IMG/VR virus record: IMGVR_UViG_3300014656_000971
Location: 1 to 24,307 of that record
Source: a virus
Taxonomy: Duplodnaviria; Caudoviricetes
Length of the DNA: 24,307 nt
Direction: 5' to 3' (one strand)
Shown: in pieces, positions 1 through 10,086 of the stretch
Layout: every line of letters starts with the position of its first letter
How positions within the stretch are numbered: the first letter of the stretch is position 1
The notes under the pieces: generated by a model
Seen by the model: the letters and a program-made list of their open reading frames with translations, nothing else
Databases searched by the model: none
Told to the model about the DNA's origin: nothing
Position numbers and translations under genes: made by a program

Positions 1-872
1 TTAACATGGGTGCCCTCAAATGTATTCAGTCCAAAATGACAAAACTTGGTACACTTCCACGACTTATTTAATTTGGGTTTAATATCCTGTTTAATTTCTT
101 CAAATTTAATTCGTAACATTTCTTCCGTATCTTTCAAGTCTTTTTTCTCAAAACATACAGTATATGGTCCTCCGGCATTAATATAGAAGACGGTCACCAA
201 AACTTGGTCCATCTTATACATTCTGTGTGCTGCATAATGATATATTCTTAATTGAGGGTCTTTCTTAAAATCCTCATAGTTTTTATCTTCACCAGTTGCC
301 CAGTTTTTACGATATTTACCAGATTTCCAGTCTATTATTTCATAAACCCCATTACCAATTTGTGTAACTAAATCAACAGTTCCCTTAATAGAAAGAAATT
401 TCTTTACTAAATTGTCTTTTATAGCATACTTATACATTGCCCACGGTTCTGCTATTTCTATATCAAAAAACGGTTCAGCATCTATGACGATACGATTTAA
501 CGGATTAAACTGTCCATCATTATACTCTATTGCTTTATATACCCACTTTCTACATTCTTGAAAATGGTCGTTCGTCCAAGTATGATGAGTAATGTGTGTA
601 GAATAGTATTTATAAATTTGTTCTATAATTATATCTAACTTATATTTATCTGTTTGTATATTACCACAAATCTCGTGTTTTATACGGGTTTTTTTCTCTT
701 GTTTTGCTTTTTTAATTAATGCTAATATTTCTAATACTTTATGAACTATTGTGCCTTTATCGGCAGCCATATTACTCAAAGTTGGCAAACCTAAATTATA
801 TTCAAGGAAGTATGAGTGCGGACACATTTCGTGAGTATTAAAACTTGAACTTCTGAAATATTCAATATACAT
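1..872 (-). CDS. PD-(D/E)XK exonuclease, Cas4/AddB-like (3' end runs off the window)
   Basis: Not in the ORF track; manual translation from ATG at 872: MYIEYFRSSSFNTHEMCPHSYFLEY...KGTIVHKVLE...KGTVDLV...EIIDWKSG...DPQLRIYHYAA...WKCTKFCHF. Has D..D-x-K and QLxxY motifs plus N- and C-terminal Cys suggesting an Fe-S staple. Confidence 0.85.
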   Translation of the reverse strand, partial: MYIEYFRSSSFNTHEMCPHSYFLEYNLGLPTLSNMAADKGTIVHKVLEILALIKKAKQEKKTRIKHEICGNIQTDKYKLDIIIEQIYKYYSTHITHHTWTNDHFQECRKWVYKAIEYNDGQFNPLNRIVIDAEPFFDIEIAEPWAMYKYAIKDNLVKKFLSIKGTVDLVTQIGNGVYEIIDWKSGKYRKNWATGEDKNYEDFKKDPQLRIYHYAAHRMYKMDQVLVTVFYINAGGPYTVCFEKKDLKDTEEMLRIKFEEIKQDIKPKLNKSWKCTKFCHFGLNTFEGTHV

Positions 873-878
873 AGTATT

Positions 879-1118
879 TTATTTATTAAGTTTCTTTTTC
901 GATTGTTTAACTGGTCTGAAGTCTTCCCATGAAATAACTTCTTCTTTACCAAACCCATTTCTAATTCTTAATACTTCGTGTGGGCCTCCTGCATATTTAG
1001 CTGGTATAAGACGCTTTGAATTTAACCATGTGTTTAATTCGTGTTTCACAGTCCATCCACCAAGTATCTCTCTACTTTCCGTCGCTCTTAGTATGTATAT
1101 ATATTTAGATCGTGGCAT
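879..1118 (-). CDS. hypothetical protein
   Basis: 79-aa ORF abutting the upstream stop, with GGAG just upstream; fits the operon. Confidence 0.7.
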   Translation of the reverse strand: MPRSKYIYILRATESREILGGWTVKHELNTWLNSKRLIPAKYAGGPHEVLRIRNGFGKEEVISWEDFRPVKQSKKKLNK

Positions 1119-1901
1119 TTATTCTCCTATTTCCGGTATATAATTCCATGCTCTTAATGCTCTATACACCTCTTTATTTTGTTCTTTAATAGTCATTTTG
1201 GCATTATCTAATATAAAATCAAACTTATCATTACTTAAATTATTTAATGCTAGTTCGCTTTCGTGACTATCTTTTAGAGGATTTCTGGTAAATTTAATAA
1301 CCTTACCACCAACCTTTTGAATTCCTTCTACTTCATTGGGGAATCTACAATCTGTAATAACTGCTAATTCTGTTTGTTCTTGTTCTACTTGTCTAAGCGT
1401 CACATCTACCCAAACATTATAATACATTCTACGAAAAATGTTGGTGCCAATATATTGTAAAACTTCTCTAGCACTCATATATGCATCAACATCGTGTGTT
1501 GGATCGTTTTTTTCAACGGTTGGCATATCTGACCATTTATAGTCTGTAAGTGTATTCTTGTGAGCATCTGTCAAATAACATTGGTCTGAATGTAATCCCA
1601 TAATATCAATACATAATCTTTTAAGCGGGTCGGCAAAACTATACAACTTTACATAAGGAAAAATACACTTTTCTAAAAAATTAACCATTGTGTCGTTGTT
1701 TGGTTCATATCTACGATTTACATCAAAAACACCTTTATATTCTTCTTCTCCCCATAGGTCACCAATATTTAGTTGCCCGCCATCATCTATAAACATACTT
1801 TTAGTATATCCTAAATGAATCATATGAACACCTAATATAAAGTTGGCACTTGTATTTTTACCACTTTGTTTTTTACCAGCTAAACCTAATATCTTAACCA
1901 T
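1119..1901 (-). CDS. deoxynucleoside monophosphate kinase (phage dNMP kinase)
   Basis: N-terminal P-loop GLAGKKQSGKNT, plus SFADPLK, REVLQYIGT, ITDCRFPNE and HESE motifs. Confidence 0.9.
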   Translation of the reverse strand: MVKILGLAGKKQSGKNTSANFILGVHMIHLGYTKSMFIDDGGQLNIGDLWGEEEYKGVFDVNRRYEPNNDTMVNFLEKCIFPYVKLYSFADPLKRLCIDIMGLHSDQCYLTDAHKNTLTDYKWSDMPTVEKNDPTHDVDAYMSAREVLQYIGTNIFRRMYYNVWVDVTLRQVEQEQTELAVITDCRFPNEVEGIQKVGGKVIKFTRNPLKDSHESELALNNLSNDKFDFILDNAKMTIKEQNKEVYRALRAWNYIPEIGE

Positions 1902-1903
1902 AA

Positions 1904-2176
1904 TTATTTATTTTCCTTTTTCTTTTTGTTTTTATTTTTTATTTTAATGGGTTGGTCGTTAGCAACTTTTTCTGGCCACCCCGCTCGTCCTTTTTTAAGA
2001 TATTCAACTGCCATTTCTAATTTTTCCATAGTTAAGTTTTCTGAATCAATAAATACCCATCCTAGCGGGGTTTTATTTATATTTACTACAGAAGACACAA
2101 AAACACCTAAATGATTTCCACATGTAATCATTCCATATCCGCGTTTCACTATCATTTCTAAATATTTGCTGCTCAT
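1904..2176 (-). CDS. hypothetical protein
   Basis: 90-aa ORF with ATGA overlap on the primase stop; basic C-terminus. Confidence 0.7.
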   Translation of the reverse strand: MSSKYLEMIVKRGYGMITCGNHLGVFVSSVVNINKTPLGWVFIDSENLTMEKLEMAVEYLKKGRAGWPEKVANDQPIKIKNKNKKKKENK

Positions 2177-3309
2177 ATCTCTTTGATTTTATCTATTTGT
2201 GGTCTTAACTCATTATTAATTTGCTCTATAGACATTTCACCCACATCATTACATTGAAAATTAAGTGTATGAATATAATATGTATTATTACATTGCTCTT
2301 TAATAGCTTGTATCGCTCTTTGTCCCGCATCATCGTTATCCATTAAAAGTATTAAAGATAAAGCTCCAGAACTATCCAATAGAACTTTTTGTCCAACGCT
2401 TAATGCGGTTCCAAACAAACCGACACTATTATTTATACCAGATTCTTCTAGTCTCCATACATTACCGGGACTTTCAACTACAATAGCGATTCTATTATTA
2501 GCTATGTGTTTTTTAGCCTTCCAATAATTGTATAAGTAATTAGTACCTTCAAATCCATCACTATGTTTCCATTTTGACACTTTATTACATTCTAGTGTAG
2601 GATTATGCCAGCTATGACACTGAGGACACTTTTCAAAAACACTACGACCGGTACAACCAATCATATACTTATAATTATCGTCATAAATTGGTACTACTAC
2701 TCTATTAAACATCTGTTTTTTAGGATTATTACATAGTCCAACATCATATTCATCAAGTATTTGTTTAGAATATCCACGATTTAAATAATATGATGCAGGA
2801 ATAGAGAGTGCGTTACGAATTTGTTTTCTAGTAATGTGTCCTTGTTTATTTTTTACATTCAAAATGTCCGTTGTTTTAACAAACTTATTTCTTTCTATTT
2901 CCTTTTGATTGATTTGGATAGCAGAATAATCTTCATCAAGGAAGTTTAGAACAAACTTAATTGTCTCATTAAAACTAATACTTTTGTCGGATGGTCCTTT
3001 CCAGTTATATTTTTGATGTGATAAAATACCCCTAATAAATCCTAACACTGTAGGTTTAAAATATTTCTCACACTGAAGAGTATGGCACTTCCAATTTCCC
3101 CTATAAGTATTACCGGTATGAAATATGTTAAGTGCGTTATATTTATCTCCTCCGTGAACAGGACAACACCCATAATACATTTTGCGACTATATTTTAAAT
3201 TAATGTCTAATAAATCCAATAAGTTCTCAAACTTATCCATTACTTTTTGAGAGAGTATATGAAGTTTAGTTTGATCGGTATACTCATTCAAACTGGATTC
3301 GTTCATCAT
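2173..3309 (-). CDS. dnaG: DNA primase (DnaG-type: CHC2 zinc finger + TOPRIM)
   Basis: CPVH...CHTLQC zinc finger, RVVVPIYD, VVESPGNVW, LMDNDDAG TOPRIM motif; adjacent to the helicase. Confidence 0.92.
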   Translation of the reverse strand: MMNESSLNEYTDQTKLHILSQKVMDKFENLLDLLDINLKYSRKMYYGCCPVHGGDKYNALNIFHTGNTYRGNWKCHTLQCEKYFKPTVLGFIRGILSHQKYNWKGPSDKSISFNETIKFVLNFLDEDYSAIQINQKEIERNKFVKTTDILNVKNKQGHITRKQIRNALSIPASYYLNRGYSKQILDEYDVGLCNNPKKQMFNRVVVPIYDDNYKYMIGCTGRSVFEKCPQCHSWHNPTLECNKVSKWKHSDGFEGTNYLYNYWKAKKHIANNRIAIVVESPGNVWRLEESGINNSVGLFGTALSVGQKVLLDSSGALSLILLMDNDDAGQRAIQAIKEQCNNTYYIHTLNFQCNDVGEMSIEQINNELRPQIDKIKEI

Positions 3310-4741
3310 TATCTTCTACAATAAAACCCGACTTCTCTCTTTCTTGTTCTGTTGCTATTTCAAATTTTGTTTTACCCTCTGTTATTTTAGCACACCACCC
3401 CTTCATATGACAATTAATATAATCTAGATGTTCCATTCCTGGTCCATGTCTTGTCACAATTGGCACCAATTTACGATTTCCATTAGACGAACCATCTTGT
3501 TGTATTTCTTCATCTGATTTCATCTTAAAGATAGTAAAGTTGGAACACAACCAAATAATTCTATCAGACCCGCTTGCTGCATCAGTACTCTCTTTAGTTA
3601 TACCATCTCTATTTAATTGAATGAATGCTAAAATAGGAATTTTATACCGAGTAGCAAAGTTGTGTAAAGTAGTCATCATAAAGCCCAATAATTGATATTC
3701 TTTTAAGTCTTGAGATATACCTTGAGTATCCATCAGCTTTAAATAATCATAAATTATTACACAGGGTTTAGCAGTTCCGTCATCGTTAAGTTCAACCACT
3801 CTTGTAATCCACCTTCTCATTAAAGCAATCTGTTCTTCAAATGGTTTCCCAGCAATACTTTTATAGTAATAAGGTAGTCTTTTTAAGTGTGTGGCACTTT
3901 CTAATACTTTATATTTCCAATCTAATTTTTTAGCAAACCGTCCAGTTTCTATAGAGTTAATTGGAATCTCATTTATTAGTGCTAACATACGATGAATATT
4001 ATCTTCTGTAGTCATTTCTGTGTCTAGATTAAGCACGGGAATATCGTTGTTGGCAATATGATAACCTATATTGTTACCAGCGGTGCTCTTTCCAATCTTA
4101 CTTCGTGACGCAATAATATTAATTGTAGCTGGTCTTAGTCCACCACCTATTGCTTGGTCAAACGCAGGGAACCCAGTAGAAATACCAACTTGTTCTACTG
4201 GATTATCTATCAAATATTGTAAATACTCATCTATGTGTTCGCCTAATTGTTTTGGACTATTATCATCATCGTTTAATAAAGCAGTGAAATCTAAAACGGC
4301 ATCTTCGGCAATGCCTAATATTTGAGCAATGTTTTCATCACCTTTAATTTCAAGCATTTTATCTTGTGCTTTTCCAAGTTGTTTGTGTAAGAGTTTTGCC
4401 ACTTCTAATTTTCGTATTTTAGCAGCAAATCGTCTTATATTATCTAAACCAATAGGAAAGTCAAACAATGCCTTAATATATCTTAAATGTTCAGATTTAC
4501 TAATAACATGAGATAGTCCAAAGGTATGTGCCGCAGATTGTATAAGTGAAATTTCTATTGAAGCAGCATCATCGTTATCTAGAATGTACTTTATACATTT
4601 AAATATAATACTATGTAAATCATCTGTAAATGTACTTTCTTGTATTATATCTGCCATATCGGCATAAGCATTATTTCCATATTGACATAAACCAGCTAAC
4701 AGTGCTCTTTCTGATGGGGGGTCTGATAAAATTAAACTCAT
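3284..4741 (-). CDS. dnaB: replicative DNA helicase (DnaB family)
   Basis: DnaB N-terminal SERALLAGL, GISTGFPAFD, Walker A SRSKIGKS, DTEM, IIYDYL, QLNRDG. Confidence 0.95.
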   Translation of the reverse strand: MSLILSDPPSERALLAGLCQYGNNAYADMADIIQESTFTDDLHSIIFKCIKYILDNDDAASIEISLIQSAAHTFGLSHVISKSEHLRYIKALFDFPIGLDNIRRFAAKIRKLEVAKLLHKQLGKAQDKMLEIKGDENIAQILGIAEDAVLDFTALLNDDDNSPKQLGEHIDEYLQYLIDNPVEQVGISTGFPAFDQAIGGGLRPATINIIASRSKIGKSTAGNNIGYHIANNDIPVLNLDTEMTTEDNIHRMLALINEIPINSIETGRFAKKLDWKYKVLESATHLKRLPYYYKSIAGKPFEEQIALMRRWITRVVELNDDGTAKPCVIIYDYLKLMDTQGISQDLKEYQLLGFMMTTLHNFATRYKIPILAFIQLNRDGITKESTDAASGSDRIIWLCSNFTIFKMKSDEEIQQDGSSNGNRKLVPIVTRHGPGMEHLDYINCHMKGWCAKITEGKTKFEIATEQEREKSGFIVEDNDERIQFE

Positions 4742-4750
4742 ATACTTTTC

Positions 4751-5269
4751 TTATCTTCTTTGGTGTATTTGACAATTATTACATGTATATAGTAATTCTT
4801 GCCCTTCTGTACGCACTAGTTGTTTAGATACTTGAAACCATTTATTACATATATCACACTCCACCTCAATCAATGATTTTTGTCTTCTTGTTGTTGGTTG
4901 ATGTTTTCTAGATACTTGTTTATCAAACTTAATTGCGTCTAGTTCTTCTTGTGATACTGGTGCCATTTGCTTACGGTGTTTTAAGAACAGGTTTTCTCTT
5001 GGTGTGCGAGTATCTATAGGTTCTATTCTAGCTGGAATTGTTCCGACGTGTGAAGAAGTATGTCTTTTTGGTCTACGAGAGCGTTTGTTTTGTCTAGTTG
5101 GGGTTGGAATAGGAACTTCTTCGTTGATATCAATGGCTTGAACTGTCGTATTTTTCTTTTTGCGTTGTCTTTTCTGTTTAGGTTCAACAGATAAAATAGA
5201 TTTTAACTCTTGAGACAATATTTTCATCTCTTCTTTGGTAAGATTTTCAAGTAGTTCTTTGACCGACAT
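4751..5269 (-). CDS. hypothetical basic protein with C-terminal zinc ribbon
   Basis: K/R-rich; CDIC...CNNC at the C-terminus. Confidence 0.7.
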   Translation of the reverse strand: MSVKELLENLTKEEMKILSQELKSILSVEPKQKRQRKKKNTTVQAIDINEEVPIPTPTRQNKRSRRPKRHTSSHVGTIPARIEPIDTRTPRENLFLKHRKQMAPVSQEELDAIKFDKQVSRKHQPTTRRQKSLIEVECDICNKWFQVSKQLVRTEGQELLYTCNNCQIHQRR

Positions 5270-5756
5270 ATTTACTCCTTTGATTTGCTTTCATTGTATT
5301 GCTTAAATTAGACAGTAAAAATGCCATATTAGTTAATCGTTGGGTACGCTGTGTGGCATAATTTACAATTTTATGTAATTTTGCAGCATAAGGGTCTTGT
5401 TTAACTATCATTGCCACTTTCATTTCATGTTTCCAGTATTTATTATATGAATCTATTTGGGTAGCTAATATACTATTAAGTTCATTCTGTGCCCACAATA
5501 TACGGGCCTGTTCCCTATTATATAGTCGTTGGATATAAAACGCTGTTTGGTCTAATCTATAGGCAATTTGTACACAGTCTTCACTGCTTAATTTTTCTAT
5601 TTGGGTGCGATTCATTTGAAGATATTGATTAAGTTCTTCTTGTTGACAAGGATTAGTTAAAGATGGTAAACCGCACTTATCTTCATATTCATCTAATACT
5701 TTAATAACAACATTCATCTTATCTGTTGCTGATTGGCAATTTACATTTCCACTCAT
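5247..5756 (-). CDS. hypothetical helical protein
   Basis: 169-aa ORF overlapping both neighbours in the recombination/replication block; no motif recognised. Confidence 0.7.
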   Translation of the reverse strand: MSGNVNCQSATDKMNVVIKVLDEYEDKCGLPSLTNPCQQEELNQYLQMNRTQIEKLSSEDCVQIAYRLDQTAFYIQRLYNREQARILWAQNELNSILATQIDSYNKYWKHEMKVAMIVKQDPYAAKLHKIVNYATQRTQRLTNMAFLLSNLSNTMKANQRSKYVGQRTT

Positions 5757-6132
5757 CTATATCCTCGTTATAATTAAATACTATTAATTGAATACTGTTT
5801 AATAAACACCACTCTTGCTTTTGACTATCTCGTTTTTTTTGTAAGAAAAAATTATATTGGGTTCTATGAAAGTGCTGTATAAATTTAAAATGTTGTTCCC
5901 CTTGAATTTCTATAGCAACTTTATATAGTGGCAAGTAGAAATCTAAATATAAATAATTACTAATAGCAATAGGGATTGGAATTTCTTCTAAAATTGTTAG
6001 GGTTGGATATGTTTCTTTTAATAGTTCCCGTGCTTGTATATGGTCTTGAGACTTTTTATGTTTATTCGCTATGGTTGTTTGACCACGCAAATTCCACTTT
6101 AAGACATTGCCCGCTAAATCAACCACCTTCAT
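5719..6132 (-). CDS. PD-(D/E)XK endonuclease, DUF559/Vsr-like
   Basis: LEE...YLDFY...AIEIQGEQH...RDSQKQEWC pattern; directly downstream of recA. Confidence 0.8.
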   Translation of the reverse strand: MKVVDLAGNVLKWNLRGQTTIANKHKKSQDHIQARELLKETYPTLTILEEIPIPIAISNYLYLDFYLPLYKVAIEIQGEQHFKFIQHFHRTQYNFFLQKKRDSQKQEWCLLNSIQLIVFNYNEDIDEWKCKLPISNR

Positions 6133-7142
6133 AGTCCCAACATTTCCTTTGCTTGTTTATATAAACCAGCATATAGGTTGGTGTCATTACGTAATATTTC
6201 TGATGTTTTATCTAACCCTTGTCCTTTTTGTCCGTCTGGTAACTCAAACCAAGACCCCTTTTTAGCAACTAGTCCTAAATCAATTGCAATATTTAACAAT
6301 TCTGCTTCTTTATCAATGCCGTATCCATATCTGAATTTAGATACACATTTGCCACCCGGGGGGGTGTTTAAGGCCGTTGCCTCACATATCCAATTAATAT
6401 CTTGTCCAATTTGATTTTCACCAGACTTCCACGGAGTAAAATACGCTGCTTTCAATTTTACATCTGTTTGATATTGTAGTTTTCTGCCAGATGCTTCTAT
6501 CCAGGGCGACATACCTATTCCTTGATTAGCAATAATATGTGTAATTCCTATTACAATAGATTTATTGACTGGTATTACGTTTGAGAGACGACGACAAAAT
6601 TTTGCCAACAGCAAAGGAGCGTCCGCTCTATAACGATCTCCTATATCTGCTTTCATTTCTCCAGCAGTACATAATGCAGAAAAAGAATCAATGATAAAGA
6701 TATCTCCTGGCTTGTCGTTAATTAACCTTTCATTAATATCTATAAAATTTTCACCACTTAAAATGTTACCCAATTGAGAGCCAATAATGGTAAAGTATTT
6801 TGGGTCTAAATTAAGAGAATGTATCCCTTTTAAATCTCTTTTTTTCAACCTACCCTCAATATTGGAATAATATACATGCCGACCTTCTTTTCTACCGAGA
6901 TCACATGCATATTGAATTTGTTGTGCGGTTCCTGCGAAATCTAATGCTAGTGTTGATTTTCCACTTTTAGGTACTCCGGTTAATACTACAAAACTACCCT
7001 CTGGAACACCACCTCCCAATACAATATCCATACTAGGACTGACAGGAATAGTCATATTGTTTGCATCTAAAATAGACTGACTATTAGAGAGGATGTCTTT
7101 TCCAAATTCTTTTAAAATGGTATCTTCAATTGATTGTGCCAT
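6129..7142 (-). CDS. recA: RecA/UvsX-like recombinase
   Basis: DIVLGGGVPEG, Walker A GVPKSGKST, IIDSFSAL, GYGIDKEAELLNIAIDLGLVAKKGSWF. Confidence 0.93.
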   Translation of the reverse strand: MAQSIEDTILKEFGKDILSNSQSILDANNMTIPVSPSMDIVLGGGVPEGSFVVLTGVPKSGKSTLALDFAGTAQQIQYACDLGRKEGRHVYYSNIEGRLKKRDLKGIHSLNLDPKYFTIIGSQLGNILSGENFIDINERLINDKPGDIFIIDSFSALCTAGEMKADIGDRYRADAPLLLAKFCRRLSNVIPVNKSIVIGITHIIANQGIGMSPWIEASGRKLQYQTDVKLKAAYFTPWKSGENQIGQDINWICEATALNTPPGGKCVSKFRYGYGIDKEAELLNIAIDLGLVAKKGSWFELPDGQKGQGLDKTSEILRNDTNLYAGLYKQAKEMLGL

Positions 7143-7560
7143 CTAAATCCTTTAATTTATTAATTATATTTTCTTTTACCTTTGGTTCTCTTGGTTTACT
7201 ATTAATTGTGCGTCTATTTGTGGGATTAGGTATACTAGATATTGATGATTTTTGTTTTAATCTAGCTTGTTCCTGCTTAACTAATCCCATAAATCTTTCT
7301 GTGAATACAGAGTAAGAATTATTGTATTCTGGTAAGTTAAGTGCGTTTATTATAGATTTAGCTTCAAACTGTTTTAATAAAGAATGAACTTTTCTTAGGT
7401 TCCTTTTGAAGAAATCCTGCCACACTTCTAATTGCCAAAATTTCATTGGTAATTCGGTTTTATCAAACCTTGCTTTTTTTTCACAAATCAATTCTATAAT
7501 ATATTGAGCAGCAGTTACTTCTTTATTTGGGGAGTAACGAGATGGATATTTATTTATCAT
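7126..7560 (-). CDS. hypothetical protein
   Basis: ORF track gives 7126..7578 with a non-ATG start; the first ATG at 7560 (MINKYPSRY) is chosen. Confidence 0.7.
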   Translation of the reverse strand: MINKYPSRYSPNKEVTAAQYIIELICEKKARFDKTELPMKFWQLEVWQDFFKRNLRKVHSLLKQFEAKSIINALNLPEYNNSYSVFTERFMGLVKQEQARLKQKSSISSIPNPTNRRTINSKPREPKVKENIINKLKDLDGTIN

Positions 7561-7590
7561 TATAATTTGATTTATCAATAATAACTATTA

Positions 7591-8169
7591 TTATTCTCCA
7601 ATCATTTTTCCATCTAGCGGAGCAAACAAGTTGTTACGAGCAGTTCTTGAAATGGTTTTTGGCATATTCTCTCTCATTGCATCTCCTTGTTGAGAAGCAG
7701 CCTCTGTCATCATAGCAACCACATTTTCGCGTTTACCGGCAGTTTGTGTTACCATTTTGTCTTTTGCAACCTGTGATTGCATTGCCCATTGAAACAATAC
7801 CTCTTTGTTTGGAGGGTTTCCGTTTTGTACCAAAGCTCTTTGTACTAATTTAGATGATTGTCCGTCCGGCATACCCATATCAGATAATCTTTGGGTGACA
7901 TTAGTAACCATATCGGCGACTGACATTTGTTGATTTTGTAAATTCGCTATTTCTTGATTTTTAGCGTTTAATTCTTTTTCCAAATCTTTAACTTGTTTAT
8001 TTCTGACTCTTTTGACTGTTTTATGAATATTTTTCAATTCTCCGTCTACATATTTTTTTATTGTAGCCACTGGTCTTTCTAGAGTTTCAGCAATAATTTT
8101 GACACTTTTGTTGTCTTGTAACATACCTTGAATAGTATATTTTTCTTTTGTACTTAATCTACCTCTCAT
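7591..8169 (-). CDS. N-terminal helix-turn-helix protein with coiled coil
   Basis: LSTKEKYTI...KSVKIIAETLERPVATIKKY looks like an HTH; start re-called to ATG 8169 (TAATG coupling with the upstream stop). Confidence 0.65.
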   Translation of the reverse strand: MRGRLSTKEKYTIQGMLQDNKSVKIIAETLERPVATIKKYVDGELKNIHKTVKRVRNKQVKDLEKELNAKNQEIANLQNQQMSVADMVTNVTQRLSDMGMPDGQSSKLVQRALVQNGNPPNKEVLFQWAMQSQVAKDKMVTQTAGKRENVVAMMTEAASQQGDAMRENMPKTISRTARNNLFAPLDGKMIGE

Positions 8170-8648
8170 TATATAAGCTCCCTTTGGGCTGTAAGTAACC
8201 ATGCTATATTTTGTGTGCGAAGAAATTTTAGATAGTGTGAAAATGTCGTATAACCAACTTCTATAAATTTATACACGGGTAATCCAACATGTTTAGTTTT
8301 TGTGCTTTGCAGTTCTGTATATAATCCCATTGGATTAAAAAGTCTACCACTTCCTTCTGTTTTAATATAATATTTAATTCTATGTCCTATTTTTATACTT
8401 TTAGCATATGCTTCGTCTAAGTCTTCAGCAAAAATATCTCCTTTATCTGCTAATACTGGGTATCCTTCTTGATCTTTGATTCCGCGTTCGTCTGTTAGTT
8501 CGTCGTGTTTTCCAAATAGTGTGAAGACTAATACATTTTCTACAGTAATGTCCGCTTCTGTCATGTGGTCTTTTGGTCTATACATCGCTGCTAACATATC
8601 TTGTTGGCGAATGCGTGTATGTTTAGGTTTTTGTTCTTGTTGTTTCAT
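8169..8648 (-). CDS. hypothetical protein
   Basis: 159-aa ORF overlapping both neighbours; AAGG upstream. Confidence 0.7.
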   Translation of the reverse strand: MKQQEQKPKHTRIRQQDMLAAMYRPKDHMTEADITVENVLVFTLFGKHDELTDERGIKDQEGYPVLADKGDIFAEDLDEAYAKSIKIGHRIKYYIKTEGSGRLFNPMGLYTELQSTKTKHVGLPVYKFIEVGYTTFSHYLKFLRTQNIAWLLTAQRELI

Positions 8649-9021
8649 GTTTGTTCCTTCTACTATCGTTTTTGTGTTTTTTTGTTAAACTACCCATCCT
8701 ATTCATACCTTTTGGTAGGGGTTTTGTGGGTTCTTCGTATTTATAAGCGTTGTGTTTTTCTGTCAGATGATCTTTTTCATCTGAACTTAATCGTTCGCTA
8801 TTACGCTTGGCTAAATGTCCAACTGTAATATTGTCGTCGTTTAATTTGATGTTTTGACTAAGAGTGGGCAAATCTATGTCGTAATCTCTACGGACACTTT
8901 TTTGTTTGTTACACTGAGGACACTTTTGTTTATTTGTATATGTCGTCATAGACATAAATAAAGAAAATTGGTGCCCACACCCTTTTTGGTTGGTATCACA
9001 TATGAAACTATAGGTAGGCAT
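8623..9021 (-). CDS. FmdB-family zinc-ribbon protein
   Basis: MPTYSFIC...CGHQF...CPQC is the FmdB N-terminal signature; start re-called to ATG 9021. Confidence 0.8.
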   Translation of the reverse strand: MPTYSFICDTNQKGCGHQFSLFMSMTTYTNKQKCPQCNKQKSVRRDYDIDLPTLSQNIKLNDDNITVGHLAKRNSERLSSDEKDHLTEKHNAYKYEEPTKPLPKGMNRMGSLTKKHKNDSRRNKHETTRTKT

Positions 9022-9022
9022 T

Positions 9023-9463
9023 TTAATTATACACCATTTTTTTAAAATCGTCAATAATTTCTAACTTGGTACATACTATATCTTTATCACGACCAATAGC
9101 TATCACATCTTTTTTATCAATTTTTACTGATACTATAAATGGATTATAATTGCTATAAATTTTTTCAAAAAGATGAAGTTTTTGAAAATATTCAAGTGTT
9201 AAATTAGCATGGTGTTTTAATATATATGCATGAATTCCACAATTAATTCTACCATCAGATAATTCGTCTAAGGTTGGTGTTGAAATACGTGCTGAATCCA
9301 TAATTTGGGTATCAATTTTTATCATGCGGTATGGTGTATATATACTACGATTATTTCTCTCATAAAACAATACTTTATAAGCATAAACATAGCGTTTAAA
9401 TGGATTTAACATTCTTACAATTTTAAATAATAAAGTTTTATATTTACTTACTATTAAACACAT
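9023..9463 (-). CDS. hypothetical protein
   Basis: 146-aa ORF filling the gap; YAYKV...GIHAY pattern seen in small phage proteins. Confidence 0.65.
   Translation of the reverse strand: MCLIVSKYKTLLFKIVRMLNPFKRYVYAYKVLFYERNNRSIYTPYRMIKIDTQIMDSARISTPTLDELSDGRINCGIHAYILKHHANLTLEYFQKLHLFEKIYSNYNPFIVSVKIDKKDVIAIGRDKDIVCTKLEIIDDFKKMVYN
9026..9035 (-). promoter_or_regulatory. putative phage promoter, GNGTATAAT class
   Basis: GGTGTATAAT 4 nt before the FmdB-like ATG; motif recurs at 4 other gene boundaries. Confidence 0.55.
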
Positions 9464-9466
9464 TGC

Positions 9467-10024
9467 TCACTTTCTAAATATGGTTGTTAAATACATATTC
9501 CATTCTTCGGGTATAGTATCCCACGGCACTAACCCCATTACATAACCGTGTGAATTAGGCACGGAAGGTTGTCTAACAAGACTCATACCAGCCTCATCAG
9601 GAGTTCTATTTGCTTTGCGTCTATTACAAGAGATACATGAGGTAACTATATTGTCCCATATTGTTGGGCTCTTTTTATGATTTTGTTTTTTCCATTTTGC
9701 TTTTGGAATTATATGGTCGTATGTTAAGTTCTTGATGCCAAACGACTTACCACAATATTGGCAAGTTAATCTATCTCTTATAAAAATGTTTTTTCTAGAA
9801 AACGGTACTAAATGTCGCTTTATTTTAATAAACGTAATAGAACGCACTACAGCGGGCACAGGATAGTGTTTCCCGCTTGTTCCAACGATATAGTCGTCTT
9901 TATAATAATCCACAATTTCTACATTATCAGATTTAAAGTATCTTTTGATGGCACTTTTCCAAGAAATTACCCCTAGAGGAAAAAAATTCGCGTTTAGAAC
10001 CAGGGTTCGTTTATTTTTTGGCAT
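9467..10024 (-). CDS. HNH endonuclease (McrA-like)
   Basis: LVLNANFFPL, FSRKNIFIRDRLTCQYCG, TYDHIIPK, WDNIVTSCISCNRRKANRTP; GGAGG SD precedes ATG 10024. Confidence 0.9.
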   Translation of the reverse strand: MPKNKRTLVLNANFFPLGVISWKSAIKRYFKSDNVEIVDYYKDDYIVGTSGKHYPVPAVVRSITFIKIKRHLVPFSRKNIFIRDRLTCQYCGKSFGIKNLTYDHIIPKAKWKKQNHKKSPTIWDNIVTSCISCNRRKANRTPDEAGMSLVRQPSVPNSHGYVMGLVPWDTIPEEWNMYLTTIFRK

Positions 10025-10042
10025 AGAATCCTCCAATAATTA

Positions 10043-10070
10043 TATCGGCACAAAGCTACGAAAACTTGAG
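10043..10070 (-). promoter_or_regulatory. sigma28 (FliA/SigD)-like promoter CTCAAG-N17-CGATA
   Basis: CTCAAG TTTTCGTAGCTTTGTGC CGATA (GCCGATAT -10 box) upstream of the HNH SD; identical spacing at 23447-23474. Confidence 0.65.
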
Positions 10071-10086
10071 AAAAAAATGAAAATTT

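Noticed and set aside
1-872. Cas4 of a CRISPR-Cas system
   Set aside because: No other cas genes or array in the window; stand-alone Cas4-like nucleases are common in phage replication modules.
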